Assembly: GCA_032128875.1 (NCBI GenBank)
Contig: JAVLKG010000007.1
Coordinates: 288,001 to 352,000, forward strand
Length of the DNA: 64,000 nucleotides
Source of the DNA: Candidatus Melainabacteria bacterium 17Bon1m
GTDB lineage: Bacteria > Cyanobacteriota > Vampirovibrionia > Obscuribacterales > Obscuribacteraceae
Reading direction: 5' to 3'
Shown: in pieces, positions 19,724 through 29,507 of the stretch
How positions within the stretch are numbered: position 1 is the stretch's first letter
How the letters are laid out: each line of letters opens with the position of its first letter
Position numbers and translations under genes: made by a program
Notes under the pieces: generated by a model
The model's database searches: none
Seen by the model: only the letters and a program-made list of their open reading frames with translations
Told to the model about the DNA's origin: nothing

Positions 19724-19851
19724 TAATTTACGCAAGCCCGCGCGAAACTTTGAAATCTTAGATTTCTGGGTTCACTTAGCTGCGATAGCTCTTTGAACTG
19801 GGCTAAGTTGAGCTGGTCTTAAGAGAGGTCTAGGGTGGGTATCATGTTGGC

Positions 19852-20190
19852 ATGTTGCCAGCCAATCGCGACCCTTCTGAAAACAATTCCGTCGGTTTTC
19901 CGCTTCCCGCTGAAACGCGTCGGCTATCTGTCTCCTTGCGAAATTTCAATGCTGTTGTGGTGGTAATTTTGCTGTCGGTGGCCGTTTGGTATTGCAACCA
20001 AATTCATATCTGGGAACTCGGAAAGGGCACTATTTGGGCATTTTTTTTGCATCGATACTGGGGCATAATCCCAATAGTTTTTGCGGTGTTGCCGGTAGCG
20101 GCATGGAGCGTGCCGATGCTCTATCTGCAAGACAAAGCGCAGAAGAAAAAACTGATCGTTGAATATCGCGATATTCCAAAACTTCGATAA
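19852..20190 (+). CDS. Small membrane protein (2 TM)
   Basis: Two hydrophobic stretches; fills an otherwise empty interval. Confidence 0.55.
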   Translation: MLPANRDPSENNSVGFPLPAETRRLSVSLRNFNAVVVVILLSVAVWYCNQIHIWELGKGTIWAFFLHRYWGIIPIVFAVLPVAAWSVPMLYLQDKAQKKKLIVEYRDIPKLR

Positions 20191-20331
20191 ATCCAGTCAT
20201 AGGCGTGATCCACACCTAGACTAACCTCCCTTCAAAAGCATTTGATGTTTTTACCGAAAGGCTTCTGAAGGGTCCACCTAACGCAGTTGTGTAGAATGGA
20301 AATGAGAGCAACGATCGAAGGGTGACGATTC

Positions 20332-20676
20332 ATGTGGCGAACCTCCACACGAGTCCTACAAAGCACAGCCTGCCTTTTGGCTGTTTTGTGCTTCGTTTTC
20401 GTTCGCACAACGGTGCTCGCGCCGCACAATAGCGAGGGCGTGATCAAAGCCTGTGGGGAGATTTTGCACGTTTGCGTGTCCGGCTCTCCAGAGATTTTGC
20501 TGGACAGCAAGCCGCACAAAATTTCAAAAATCCACTCTCCGATTGGGACTCGAATTCACCATAAACCTGTCGATCAAATCGCAAACCGGTTTGAGCGATT
20601 TCAGCTGTTTTCGAGGGCGAACGTTCTCGAAAGCAAACAGCCGATCTGGCTGATAAATCAAGCTTTGTTGATTTAG
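20332..20676 (+). CDS. Small protein with an N-terminal hydrophobic segment, possible leader of the antiporter gene
   Basis: GAAGGG upstream; hydrophobic N-terminus, His-containing middle, ends WLINQALLI. Confidence 0.4.
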   Translation: MWRTSTRVLQSTACLLAVLCFVFVRTTVLAPHNSEGVIKACGEILHVCVSGSPEILLDSKPHKISKIHSPIGTRIHHKPVDQIANRFERFQLFSRANVLESKQPIWLINQALLI

Positions 20677-20800
20677 TCACGGTATCAGGAACTGAAACTA
20701 AAGCTGGTGGCATCTTCTCTTTCGGGAGAAGAGAAAACCGTAGGTGGTAACTCATGGTGGCAAAAGAACGCCGGAGTTTAGGTGGACTTAGGAGTTTTTG

Positions 20801-22858
20801 ATGACGGAACTTGCTCTAATTGGTGATTTGGCTTTGATCTGGATCGTTGCGGCGGTCGCAGGTTATATCTGCGCGCGTCTGAAGATACCGCTGATCGCCG
20901 GTTATACAGGAGTGGGAATTCTTATTGGTCCACACGGTTTGAAGTGGATAGCCGAACCGGGTGATGTTCATGTTCTCGCTGAGATGGGCGTCGCATTGCT
21001 TCTTTTCGCGCTCGGGGTGGAAGTTTCACTGCGCCAGATTCTCAAATGTTCTATAAAAGTTGTCGGTACTGCGATCTTGCAAATTGGCTTCACTGTTCTC
21101 GCCGCCTGGTCTGTGGCACGCCTTTTCGGCTTTGCGACCACCCCTGCTGCCGGCATTCTCTTCGGATGGATTTGCGCTCTGTCCAGTACTGTTGTTGTAA
21201 CGAAAACCCTGATGGATCGCGGCGAAATCGACGCTATACATGGAAGGATGTTATTGCCTGTTCTTATTGTGCAAGACTTGAGTCTTGTTCCAGTAATAGC
21301 ACTGCTGCCTGCATTTCAAGGCGCCGGTGGAGACAATTTGTCGTCCGTGGTGTTAATTGCGTTGGCAAAAGCTGTTCTTCTGATAGGTGGTGTTCTCGTA
21401 GGTGCATACACTGTCGTGCCGGCGCTTTTGAAACCGATCGTCAAATCACAGCATCGTGAACTGTTCTTACTTACCATATTAGGTTTGTGTCTCGGTGTCG
21501 CAGTAACCAGTGACCGTGCTGGTTTGTCGCTTGCCCTGGGAGCTTTCCTTGCCGGGATTATGGTTAGTGAATCTCCGTATGGATCTCAGGCGCTCGTTGA
21601 TGTAATGCCTCTTCGAGACCTGTTTGCCGTCGTGTTCTTTGTATCGATCGGTATGTTGTTGAATCCCGTGTTTCTCGCCTCACATGTTGTCGAAGTGTTG
21701 GCATTCGTTGGATTGCTTTTGCTGATGAAGGTCATCATTGGCACCGCCAGCGCGTTTTTGTCTACTAGTAATTGGTGGAGCGCGCTTCTCTTCGGTGTGG
21801 GAATTGCTCAGATCGGAGAATTCTCCTTCGTGCTGGCGATGCTTGGCTATCAAGCAAAACTATTGGAAGAGTCGCTCTACAACCTCTTTTTCGCTGCTGC
21901 TGTTGTAACCCTGGTTCTGTCTCCGATTCTTATGAATGCTGTTCCAAAATTGCTGGGACGTTTTGCATCTGCCAAGGCGCGGCAAGAAGCTGGTGTCACG
22001 GGCGATGGCGTCGAAGAGCATGGATTGAACCTGTCCGGGCATGTAATTATTTGCGGCTTTGGCAGAACTGGACGCAATTTGGGCTTGGTCTTGAACGGAG
22101 TGAATATTCCCTATGCAGTTGTTGAATTGAACGCCAGCATATTGGAAGAACTCGACGCCGAAGATATTCCTCACGTATTTGGTGATTCGGTCAGTCACCT
22201 TGTGCTGCAACGTGCCGGTCTTCTCAGAGCAAAGGTTCTCATCATTACGGTTCCTGATCCACTTGCTGCACTCACTATCAGTAATATGGCTAGAGAAATG
22301 AATCCGGATGTGAAAATTATCGTGCGCGCTCACCGCTCCGAAGATATAAATGTCTTGCGTGCGGCTGGCGCAAATGCTGTGGTACAGCCAGAGTTTGAAG
22401 CGAGCATCGAGATTTCTCGTCTGACTCTTATGAGTTTGAACATGGGCGATCCAATTATCCAGAGAGCGCTGCAAGATGTTAGAACCCAGCGATATCGGCT
22501 GTTTCAGCCGGATGTGGCCGAAGCTTCATTGGCTCAGCTCATCGGGTTTGCGCATGATGAGTTTATTGGAACCTGGTTTGTCGTTTCCAAATCTCCAATT
22601 GTTGGGCAGAGTTTGCAACAGCTGGACATCCGCCGCCTGACGGGCGTAACTATCTCTGCTGCGCGCCGAGGCAACAATCTTGTCGTGCATCCTGATCCGA
22701 CTTTCGCATTGGCTGAGGGCGACGAATTGTACGTTGTTGGAACGCAAGACCAGCTCGTAGAATTCGAAGACACGTATCAGATAACGCGCTTCTGCCCGAC
22801 ATCCGAATATACAAGTGATGAGATCAGCCCATCTCGCCTGTTGCTGGAAGAAGCGTAA
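20801..22858 (+). CDS. CPA2/Kef-type cation:proton antiporter with TrkA-N and TrkA-C domains
   Basis: LAEMGVALLLFALGVE, ALSST, QDL, GAFLAG, QIGEFSFVL, IICGFGRTG, C-terminal RCK-C; AGGAG RBS. Confidence 0.93.
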   Translation: MTELALIGDLALIWIVAAVAGYICARLKIPLIAGYTGVGILIGPHGLKWIAEPGDVHVLAEMGVALLLFALGVEVSLRQILKCSIKVVGTAILQIGFTVLAAWSVARLFGFATTPAAGILFGWICALSSTVVVTKTLMDRGEIDAIHGRMLLPVLIVQDLSLVPVIALLPAFQGAGGDNLSSVVLIALAKAVLLIGGVLVGAYTVVPALLKPIVKSQHRELFLLTILGLCLGVAVTSDRAGLSLALGAFLAGIMVSESPYGSQALVDVMPLRDLFAVVFFVSIGMLLNPVFLASHVVEVLAFVGLLLLMKVIIGTASAFLSTSNWWSALLFGVGIAQIGEFSFVLAMLGYQAKLLEESLYNLFFAAAVVTLVLSPILMNAVPKLLGRFASAKARQEAGVTGDGVEEHGLNLSGHVIICGFGRTGRNLGLVLNGVNIPYAVVELNASILEELDAEDIPHVFGDSVSHLVLQRAGLLRAKVLIITVPDPLAALTISNMAREMNPDVKIIVRAHRSEDINVLRAAGANAVVQPEFEASIEISRLTLMSLNMGDPIIQRALQDVRTQRYRLFQPDVAEASLAQLIGFAHDEFIGTWFVVSKSPIVGQSLQQLDIRRLTGVTISAARRGNNLVVHPDPTFALAEGDELYVVGTQDQLVEFEDTYQITRFCPTSEYTSDEISPSRLLLEEA

Positions 22859-22870
22859 AACCATTCTGTT

Positions 22871-22924
22871 GTAGGCGAGCCGCATGCGGCTCCCTGAGCA
22901 GGAAGGCACATGTGACTCCCCTAC
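22871..22924. repeat. GTAG-type REP doublet
   Basis: GTAGGCGAGCCGCATGCGGCTC...CCCCTAC between convergent genes. Confidence 0.7.
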
Positions 22925-22937
22925 TTTCGCTTATGAT

Positions 22938-24131
22938 TTAACCGCCGAGATACTGGCGGGCGCATTCTGCCAATAGTGCAGAACCCAGCGGCAGTGCGTT
23001 TTCGTCGATGTCGAATTGCGGGGTATGAATTGCACGCGGCGAATCTTCGATTTTGGTTCCGAGGAAGAAGAAGGCGCCGGGTACAACTTGCGACATGAAG
23101 CTGAAGTCTTCCGCGCCCATTTCGTAGTTGGATTCGATGACGTTTTCCTTGCCCAGAATGCGGGCTGCGACCGAGCGAACGACGTTGTTTATCTGCGGAT
23201 CATTGGTGACCGCCGGATTATCCTTCGTGCGCTTTATCTCGAAAGAACCCCCCATCGCCTCAACAACTGATAACGCTTTCTTGAGTTCTTCAAAAATCAA
23301 TTCGCCGATTTCGTTCTCGAAATAGCGTGAAGTGCCGATTAGTTGAACTTCTTCGGCGACAATGTTTGGTCGATAGGTAGTGCTCTTGATGCCGCCAAAC
23401 GTGAGAACAGCAGGCTCCAGCGCGGATTTCCTACGCGATATCACAGTCTGAATCGCTTGTACTGCCTGGGCTGCAAGGATAACAGCGTCGATGCCATATT
23501 GGGGATAAGCGCCGTGAGTGGGAATGCCTCGGATGCTGATTTCGAAGGTGTCGCAGGCAGCGAGCATGGCTCCGTCTTTGACTTTGATTTTGCCGACCGA
23601 TGTCTTGGGATCGCAATGCAATGCGAAAACAGCATCTACATCGTGCATGCAGCCCTGCTCGATCATCAATGTGGCGCCTGATTTGCCGTCGTCGTTGACC
23701 ATTTCCTCGGCGGGTTGGAAGAGGAAGCGGACCCGTCCGTTTTTGGGAGGGTCTTGAGCCAAAAGCATTGCTGCGCCGAGTGCGCAGGCTGTGTGAGCGT
23801 CGTGACCACATGCATGCATAACGCCGGTGTTCGATGAGCAATACTCTTTGGGGTTCTCTTCTGTTATGGGAAGCGCGTCCATGTCGGCTCTCAGCGCGAC
23901 TGTTCGTCCGGCGCTCGCATCGCCGATTTCGGCGACGACGCCTGTGCCGCCCACCCCGGGTCGCACATCGTAGCCTAGTTTGCGCATTCTATCTGCGACA
24001 AGTTTGCCCGTATTTGCTTCGTCGAAACTCAGCTCGGGATGCTTGTGGATGTGGCGGCGCAGTTCGACAATTTCGGACTTGAACTTCTCGACCTGTGAGA
24101 GGACGGGCGCTTGCTCGACTTTGCTTGACAT
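22938..24131 (-). CDS. M20D-family amidohydrolase
   Basis: RRHIHKHPELSFDE, ALRADMDALP, MHACGHDAH, FQPAEE, GAEDF, HTPQFDIDE. Confidence 0.93.
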   Translation of the reverse strand: MSSKVEQAPVLSQVEKFKSEIVELRRHIHKHPELSFDEANTGKLVADRMRKLGYDVRPGVGGTGVVAEIGDASAGRTVALRADMDALPITEENPKEYCSSNTGVMHACGHDAHTACALGAAMLLAQDPPKNGRVRFLFQPAEEMVNDDGKSGATLMIEQGCMHDVDAVFALHCDPKTSVGKIKVKDGAMLAACDTFEISIRGIPTHGAYPQYGIDAVILAAQAVQAIQTVISRRKSALEPAVLTFGGIKSTTYRPNIVAEEVQLIGTSRYFENEIGELIFEELKKALSVVEAMGGSFEIKRTKDNPAVTNDPQINNVVRSVAARILGKENVIESNYEMGAEDFSFMSQVVPGAFFFLGTKIEDSPRAIHTPQFDIDENALPLGSALLAECARQYLGG

Positions 24132-24307
24132 TGGCGTGTACAACCTTCTATCGAACGCGTTGACGCGTTCCTCAGGGACAAACCCGCAGATCATACACCG
24201 CGCGCTGGCAAAGGATACGTGGTTCTTGATAATGTGAATCAATAGGCGCACCCGGTGGTATAGGAATACTGGGGGCTATTCGCTTTGCGGCTGGGGGGAG
24301 ACTGGTT

Positions 24308-24922
24308 ATGGTTAAACGTGCTTTGTCGGGCGGATTGTTTGGTCTGGCGGCTTGTTTGTTAATCGCTGGCGCGGCTTTTGCGCAAGGAGCGCCCGGGAAC
24401 ACCGGCGGTGGTGGGGGCGACGACCTGAATGCTCGTATCCACAGGCAGTTTCAGCGCATCGAGCGGGGAGTGAGAATCGGAGCGATTAACGCTGATCAAG
24501 CAAACAAGCTCAAGGCCTCCGTTCAAAGTTTGCAGGGGCAGGTGGCCGCAAAACGGCAAGCGGACGGATCTTTGAAGAAAGAAGATCTCACGCTTTTGGA
24601 AAATTTGTTCAATCAAAACAGCAACATGATTCATTCGACGATTGGCGCCGGAGAGCACAAGGCTGACGGCTCAGCGGCTGTCGGACCAGCTTGGACACCC
24701 GGAAAGGATGGGGCGCAAAACTCGCAATCGTTGCTCAAGGAAATGAAGATTGAGAACCGCCGTGAGTTGCGTCAGGAGCGCCAGGCAATCGAGCAAAAGA
24801 TCGAGCAACAGCAGCTAGACTACGAGCATAAGATGATCCCTGAACTTGCCAATCAAAAGAAAGCAATCTTGAATGGCAAACAGCAGTTGAAGGACATCAG
24901 GAAAGAACAGAACGCCAATTAG
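24308..24922 (+). CDS. Secreted helical hypothetical protein
   Basis: Signal peptide ending AFA-Q; coiled-coil-like Gln/Glu/Lys-rich body. Confidence 0.75.
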   Translation: MVKRALSGGLFGLAACLLIAGAAFAQGAPGNTGGGGGDDLNARIHRQFQRIERGVRIGAINADQANKLKASVQSLQGQVAAKRQADGSLKKEDLTLLENLFNQNSNMIHSTIGAGEHKADGSAAVGPAWTPGKDGAQNSQSLLKEMKIENRRELRQERQAIEQKIEQQQLDYEHKMIPELANQKKAILNGKQQLKDIRKEQNAN

Positions 24923-24955
24923 GAATTCAAAAAACTGCTTAGATAATTTCCGTGC

Positions 24956-25324
24956 CTACTTTTCTGCAGGCGCAGAAGATTCCTGCTCTGTAGGGCTTTT
25001 CTTCATCGTATCTTCTACTGAAGCATCTTCTTTTCCAGCATCTTCTTTTCCGGCTTCTTCTTTTGTCGGTTGTTCAGTGTCGATTGCGGCAGGTGTCTCA
25101 GTTTTTGGCTCGGTGCTCGAATCGGTCTTTTCTTCGGTCTTTGTTGCTGGTTGTGTGACTTTTGCCGGAGACGCTTCGTCCGAATGTTTCGTCTGATGGT
25201 CCTGCCAATACTGCCAAAGTGATACCATCAGCAGTGGCGTAAGAATGAGAGCCGAGACAAGTAAAATTTCAACCCACAGCGGGAAGCCGCGGGGGTGAAG
25301 CTCGGGTTGGTCGAATTTAGTCAT
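24956..25324 (-). CDS. Single-TM protein with an acidic disordered tail
   Basis: One TM helix followed by a T/E/K/P low-complexity region. Confidence 0.7.
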   Translation of the reverse strand: MTKFDQPELHPRGFPLWVEILLVSALILTPLLMVSLWQYWQDHQTKHSDEASPAKVTQPATKTEEKTDSSTEPKTETPAAIDTEQPTKEEAGKEDAGKEDASVEDTMKKSPTEQESSAPAEK

Positions 25325-25722
25325 TTTCTTCTTTGGTGCAGGGCGCCTGGCGTAACCTCAAGTCTACATTCCTTTGCGTCATTCTGAGGAAAAGATCTCG
25401 AACTTTTGCGCGTATTAGCTGAATTTGAACTCTTACAATTGGTGGCTTTTTTGTGCAATACTAAAACGCATAGTATGTATGACGTAAACAATGAAAAAGG
25501 CTGAAGGGGGTCAATGGGACGAGATTTGCAGAAACGCTGGCACGAGAGAGAGTGGGGTTTTGATTCCGACTTTCTCTCGTGTTTGCGCACGTTGCTTATA
25601 CCGATTGGTGCAGACTCCAAGAACAAGCCGCGAAGAAGCACCAATTGCTTGATGATTCATTCGCAGCTTGGCTTGGGCGAGAAGTCAGAGTGCAGACGAC
25701 ATTACGTCAGACCAGAGCCGAA

Positions 25723-26034
25723 TTACTTGCGGTTCTTGTCGTCGGTGTCGTCGCCAGGCTGACCTGAATTTCTGTCGTCACGGTTGGTACCGTCACCGTT
25801 TTCCCCATCGCGATTGCGCGGGCGGTTGGCACGAGCAAGCGCACCAGCGAGCTCATAGAGCCCCCAGGTGCTGAAGATCATGACCACGAACGCCAGCTTG
25901 ATGCAGTCGACTGCATAAGCAACTGCATCGCCGCCGGTACCGATTGTCCAGAGGACACCGAGACCGAAAGCCGGACCCATGATGGAGATTGTGACGATAA
26001 GACCGTAGAAAAACGATTGCCAGAAGCGATTCAT
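25723..26034 (-). CDS. Small 2-TM membrane protein
   Basis: AAGGAG RBS, two hydrophobic segments, D/N/G/R-rich tail. Confidence 0.7.
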   Translation of the reverse strand: MNRFWQSFFYGLIVTISIMGPAFGLGVLWTIGTGGDAVAYAVDCIKLAFVVMIFSTWGLYELAGALARANRPRNRDGENGDGTNRDDRNSGQPGDDTDDKNRK

Positions 26035-27012
26035 AACGGTGCTCCTTCAGTTTATGGAAGCGCATGGATATGCGTTCCTATCAGCCGTTTTCGAAATTGC
26101 GGCCGATTGGTTGTGTAACTAGCTACCGCGAGACTGCTACTCGTGATCTCAAATACTTGGTCTTGCCAAAACGCATCTTCAATCCGACGAACAACACCGG
26201 GTCGCTTTCGCGGCCGTAAGGTAATTGCTGGCAGGAGAAGAATTTGGCTGGGAAGCTGGGGGTTTGGGATCAAGAGGGGTAGTTAGAAAGCAATCCGAGG
26301 TTAAAACTAATAAGCAACTACGATCAAGAACTCATGACTGAAGCCTAAAAAGGCCGTTTAAAAATGTGCACGGTGCAAGTCCTAGAAGGTGCAACCGGCT
26401 GGGCTCCTGCTTGGTTGGTGAAGAAGTAGCGCAACTGATGGCAGCGAGTTGAGAATTAGCGCGGCTCGTAGACGGACTGCTTTGTGGTTGTAATGAGTTC
26501 TTCTGTAATTGGTTTTGAGTTATCAACATCGCTTCTTTTGGAGAGTTGGCTGTCGATGACGACCGATGACAAGAGGTTGTGCGAGCCTTGTAAACCATGA
26601 CAAGCTCGTTATTTCAAGGTTTCAAAACCAATTCGTAGGCTCCGTCAATGCCTAGGACTTTCAGTCACTATCAAAAATTTTCGTCGAGAATTCATTTTGT
26701 TTTGGGAAGCTGTCGACTTTGAGTGACGTGCCATCACAATTGGTGCTGATAATGTTTTGATGCGGTGGCACATTCGCACTGTATATGGTGGTTGATCATA
26801 AAAAGATGGATGTCAGTATGAAAAACGCGGGAACTTTGTAAACTGCCATATAGTCAACGCTTTCAGCCCTGTTTGTATTCGAAGTGGTACCGCCGGTGCC
26901 ATCGCGAAAATAAAAAGGATAGACGGTTGATTTTTTATACGACATCATTATGATAATGTTTTAGAATCTTGCAAAAAGAAATTCTGTTTAGCGCCACTAG
27001 AAGGAGCGATCG

Positions 27013-27732
27013 ATGAAGAGGACAGGTCTTAACGCAATCGTCGCGGGTGTTCTGTCCATTGGACTGGTTCTACCTGCGGTAGCACAAAGCTACAACGGTC
27101 AACAATTACAAGGACGTGTTACTTATGTTCCAGCCGGAACATCTGTTGACGCAGTACTTACAAGTCCAATCGACAGTGGAGTCGCCAAAGCCGGCGATCT
27201 CTTCAGTGCTAAGTTGTATACCCCGATGTATCTTGGTACCGACCTGGTGCTTCCCGGCAACACGGCTCTCGAAGGGCAAATGGTATCCGTCGATAAGAGC
27301 GGATTGGCCGGAAGCAACGGCAAAATGACCCTGAGACTGACCGGTGCTGTTACTCCTGATGGAGTCAGATATCCGTTGTCTGCAGTTATTACTGCAAACC
27401 AAACAGCTTCGGTTGTACATGAAACAAAAGATGGTCAAAGTCTCAAAGGCAGAACCACTTCCAGCACCGTTAAGAGCGGCGTTGTAAGAACCGGTCTTTG
27501 GACCGCAGGCGGTACCTTGCTGGGTATCTGCTTCGCGCCGATCGTCGGTGGAGCAGTCGGAGCCGGAGCTATCGCTGGTGTCGCAACTGGTGGCGCAGTC
27601 GGACTGGGAAGCAACTTGTGGCGTAAGGGCAAGGATGTAAAAATCCCAAGCGGCACACGCATCCAATTCGCTCTCGATCAGCCGATGTCGCTTACTCAAA
27701 GCGTAGCCGGCGGTCCTGCGAACTATCGTTAG
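27013..27732 (+). CDS. Secreted protein with a TrbI/VirB10-like beta domain and glycine zipper
   Basis: Signal peptide; VPAGTSVDAVLTSPIDS..AKAGD, GAVGAGAIAG zipper, KDVKIPSGTRI; AAGGAG RBS. Confidence 0.7.
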   Translation: MKRTGLNAIVAGVLSIGLVLPAVAQSYNGQQLQGRVTYVPAGTSVDAVLTSPIDSGVAKAGDLFSAKLYTPMYLGTDLVLPGNTALEGQMVSVDKSGLAGSNGKMTLRLTGAVTPDGVRYPLSAVITANQTASVVHETKDGQSLKGRTTSSTVKSGVVRTGLWTAGGTLLGICFAPIVGGAVGAGAIAGVATGGAVGLGSNLWRKGKDVKIPSGTRIQFALDQPMSLTQSVAGGPANYR

Positions 27733-27780
27733 GAACGTGACTTCAGCATATTGAAGTCTGTTAGGTTAGGGGAAACAGGT

Positions 27781-27814
27781 AACGAGGGATCGAAAGGTCC
27801 CTCGTTTCTTCTTT
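27781..27814 (+). terminator. Intrinsic terminator
   Basis: AACGAGGGATC-GAAA-GGTCCCTCGTT followed by TCTTCTTT. Confidence 0.7.
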
Positions 27815-27858
27815 GGGCGTGGTGGCGCATCGAAAGGCCCCTCGTTTCTTCTTTGGGC

Positions 27859-27940
27859 GTGGGGGCGCGTTGCACGCGCCCATTTTTGTAGGGGCGATGC
27901 CATGCATCACCCGGCGGGCGGCATTAATGCCGCCCCTGCA
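27859..27940. repeat. Cluster of three GTAG/GTGG-type REP palindromes
   Basis: GTGGGGGCGCGTTGCACGCGCCC, GTAGGGGCGATGCCATGCATCACCC, GGGCGGCATTAATGCCGCCCCTG. Confidence 0.7.
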
Positions 27941-27970
27941 GCTGAGAGAGGCTATCAACCGGACGAGCTG

Positions 27971-28021
27971 ACTTCTTCGAAATTACTTTTTCGAAATTAC
28001 TTCTTCGAATCTACTTCTTCG
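27971..28021. repeat. 14-bp tandem repeat (about 3.6 copies)
   Basis: ACTTCTTCGAAATT-like units overlapping the stop codon of the TPR gene. Confidence 0.7.
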
Positions 28022-29162
28022 CTTTGACAGCTGCTGTCTTTGGTGCAGCGGCTTCCTTGAGCGGGCGCAGTGACGGAAGAGCAGCTTTGTCTTGAGTCTT
28101 GACCAGTACGGCGACTACTTCGCGCAGTTTCCCGTCGTTTTTCATTTCCTGGTAGGTCTTTGCCAGTCCAATGTTGAAAGCGGTGTTTTCGGTCGAACCT
28201 GTGTATTTCTGTGCGCCGCTTTTGAATTGGAATTCTGCCTGCAGATAGTGCTTTGCTCGCAATTGCTTGCATGCTTCACGGTACTCTTTGACCCACTGAT
28301 CTGGATTGTTGGCGTCTTTGTCATTCCATCCGCAACCGCACGAAACGCCACCGGTCCCACCTATTTCCAGCTTTGCGCCACCGTCAGTCACACTTATTTG
28401 AGGTGGGGATTTTTTCCAAAGAGAGTTCAAATCTGTAACAACTTGCTCTTTGACGAAAAATTTTGCAAGTGCTCTTTCGGCCTTCTTCATCTCGCTGGAA
28501 GAGCCTTCTGCCTTTGCTTTGGAAATAGCCTTCAAGTACCAAGGTTTGGCTTCGTCATACCTTTGCTGCATGGCATACCACTCACCTGCTCCTAGCAATT
28601 CTGCCGAAAAACATTGCCCAACTGATTCGTTCTGTTTCAGTGTTTCCTTCAACAAATGCTCTGCCTGTGAGATGTTGTTCTCCTTGGTGTAGCACTCGAT
28701 AAGATCGAATTTTAGTTTGTGTTTGACGTCATACTCGCTGGCAAGTGGGATCAGTTTTGCAAGCAATTCTTCTGCCTTTTGATAATCTCCCGCTTGGTAG
28801 GCGGCTTCAGCATAGCCTGTTAGCTCGTTCTTGTATTCTTCGCTCAAATGGTCGCCGAGTGATTCACGAATTGCCATGACCTTTTTGAAATACTCGATCG
28901 ATTGCTGTCGGTCCGGTGTGTTGCGCAAAAGTAAAGCCAATGCGCTTAAAAGTGGCAGGGTGTCGCGATCGGATGCATGTGTTTCTTCCAAATGTTGCAA
29001 GTGTTTTTTCAGCATCTCGACAGCTTGTTTGTCGAGTTGAAGTTCTTTCTCTTCGTAAAAAAGTGAAGGTTTTTGCGGCGCCATACCTTGTGCTACCGTC
29101 ACTGTTGTCGCTGTGTTTAAGCAGATCGCGGCAATCAGAGTATGCAGTAACAATCGTCGCAT
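28011..29162 (-). CDS. Secreted TPR-repeat protein
   Basis: Signal peptide; repeated helical motifs (YAEAAYQAGDYQKAEELL, WYAMQQRYDEAKPWYLKAI); GGAG RBS. Confidence 0.8.
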   Translation of the reverse strand: MRRLLLHTLIAAICLNTATTVTVAQGMAPQKPSLFYEEKELQLDKQAVEMLKKHLQHLEETHASDRDTLPLLSALALLLRNTPDRQQSIEYFKKVMAIRESLGDHLSEEYKNELTGYAEAAYQAGDYQKAEELLAKLIPLASEYDVKHKLKFDLIECYTKENNISQAEHLLKETLKQNESVGQCFSAELLGAGEWYAMQQRYDEAKPWYLKAISKAKAEGSSSEMKKAERALAKFFVKEQVVTDLNSLWKKSPPQISVTDGGAKLEIGGTGGVSCGCGWNDKDANNPDQWVKEYREACKQLRAKHYLQAEFQFKSGAQKYTGSTENTAFNIGLAKTYQEMKNDGKLREVVAVLVKTQDKAALPSLRPLKEAAAPKTAAVKAKK

Positions 29163-29507
29163 CGAAAACTCCTGGGTTGAAATAATTTGGGAAGGTTTCA
29201 AAACCAAACTGCCAGAATGCCACTGTATACGGTGGCGGATGGGGATTTCGCGTTTATCTGACGGGCCGTCCCATCTCTGTCGACCAATGATATGCCACTT
29301 TTTCTTCGATTCACTGTCAGATTAAATTTGGGAATTTCCCTACGTACTTCCACGATAAGACAACTCGCCAACAGGCTTGACTTTTGGTACATTGTCAAGC
29401 ACCTAAAAGCTCCTTGCGATTATTCCATTTGTTTTCGGCTATCCAGCTGCGTTGAACCTCACAGTTCGCGCCTGGGTCTATGAAACAGTTTTTCGAGACT
29501 TATCTCT

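Noticed and set aside
26332-26960. Coding or ncRNA feature in the long divergent intergenic region; possible Fur box near 26944-26960
   Set aside because: Short ORF with no RBS or motif; match to the Fur 7-1-7 consensus is weak.
27013-27732. Type IV secretion locus
   Set aside because: Isolated VirB10-like domain with no other vir/trb genes.
27781-28021. CRISPR array
   Set aside because: Only two 40-bp-period copies and short tandem units; no unique spacers and no cas genes.
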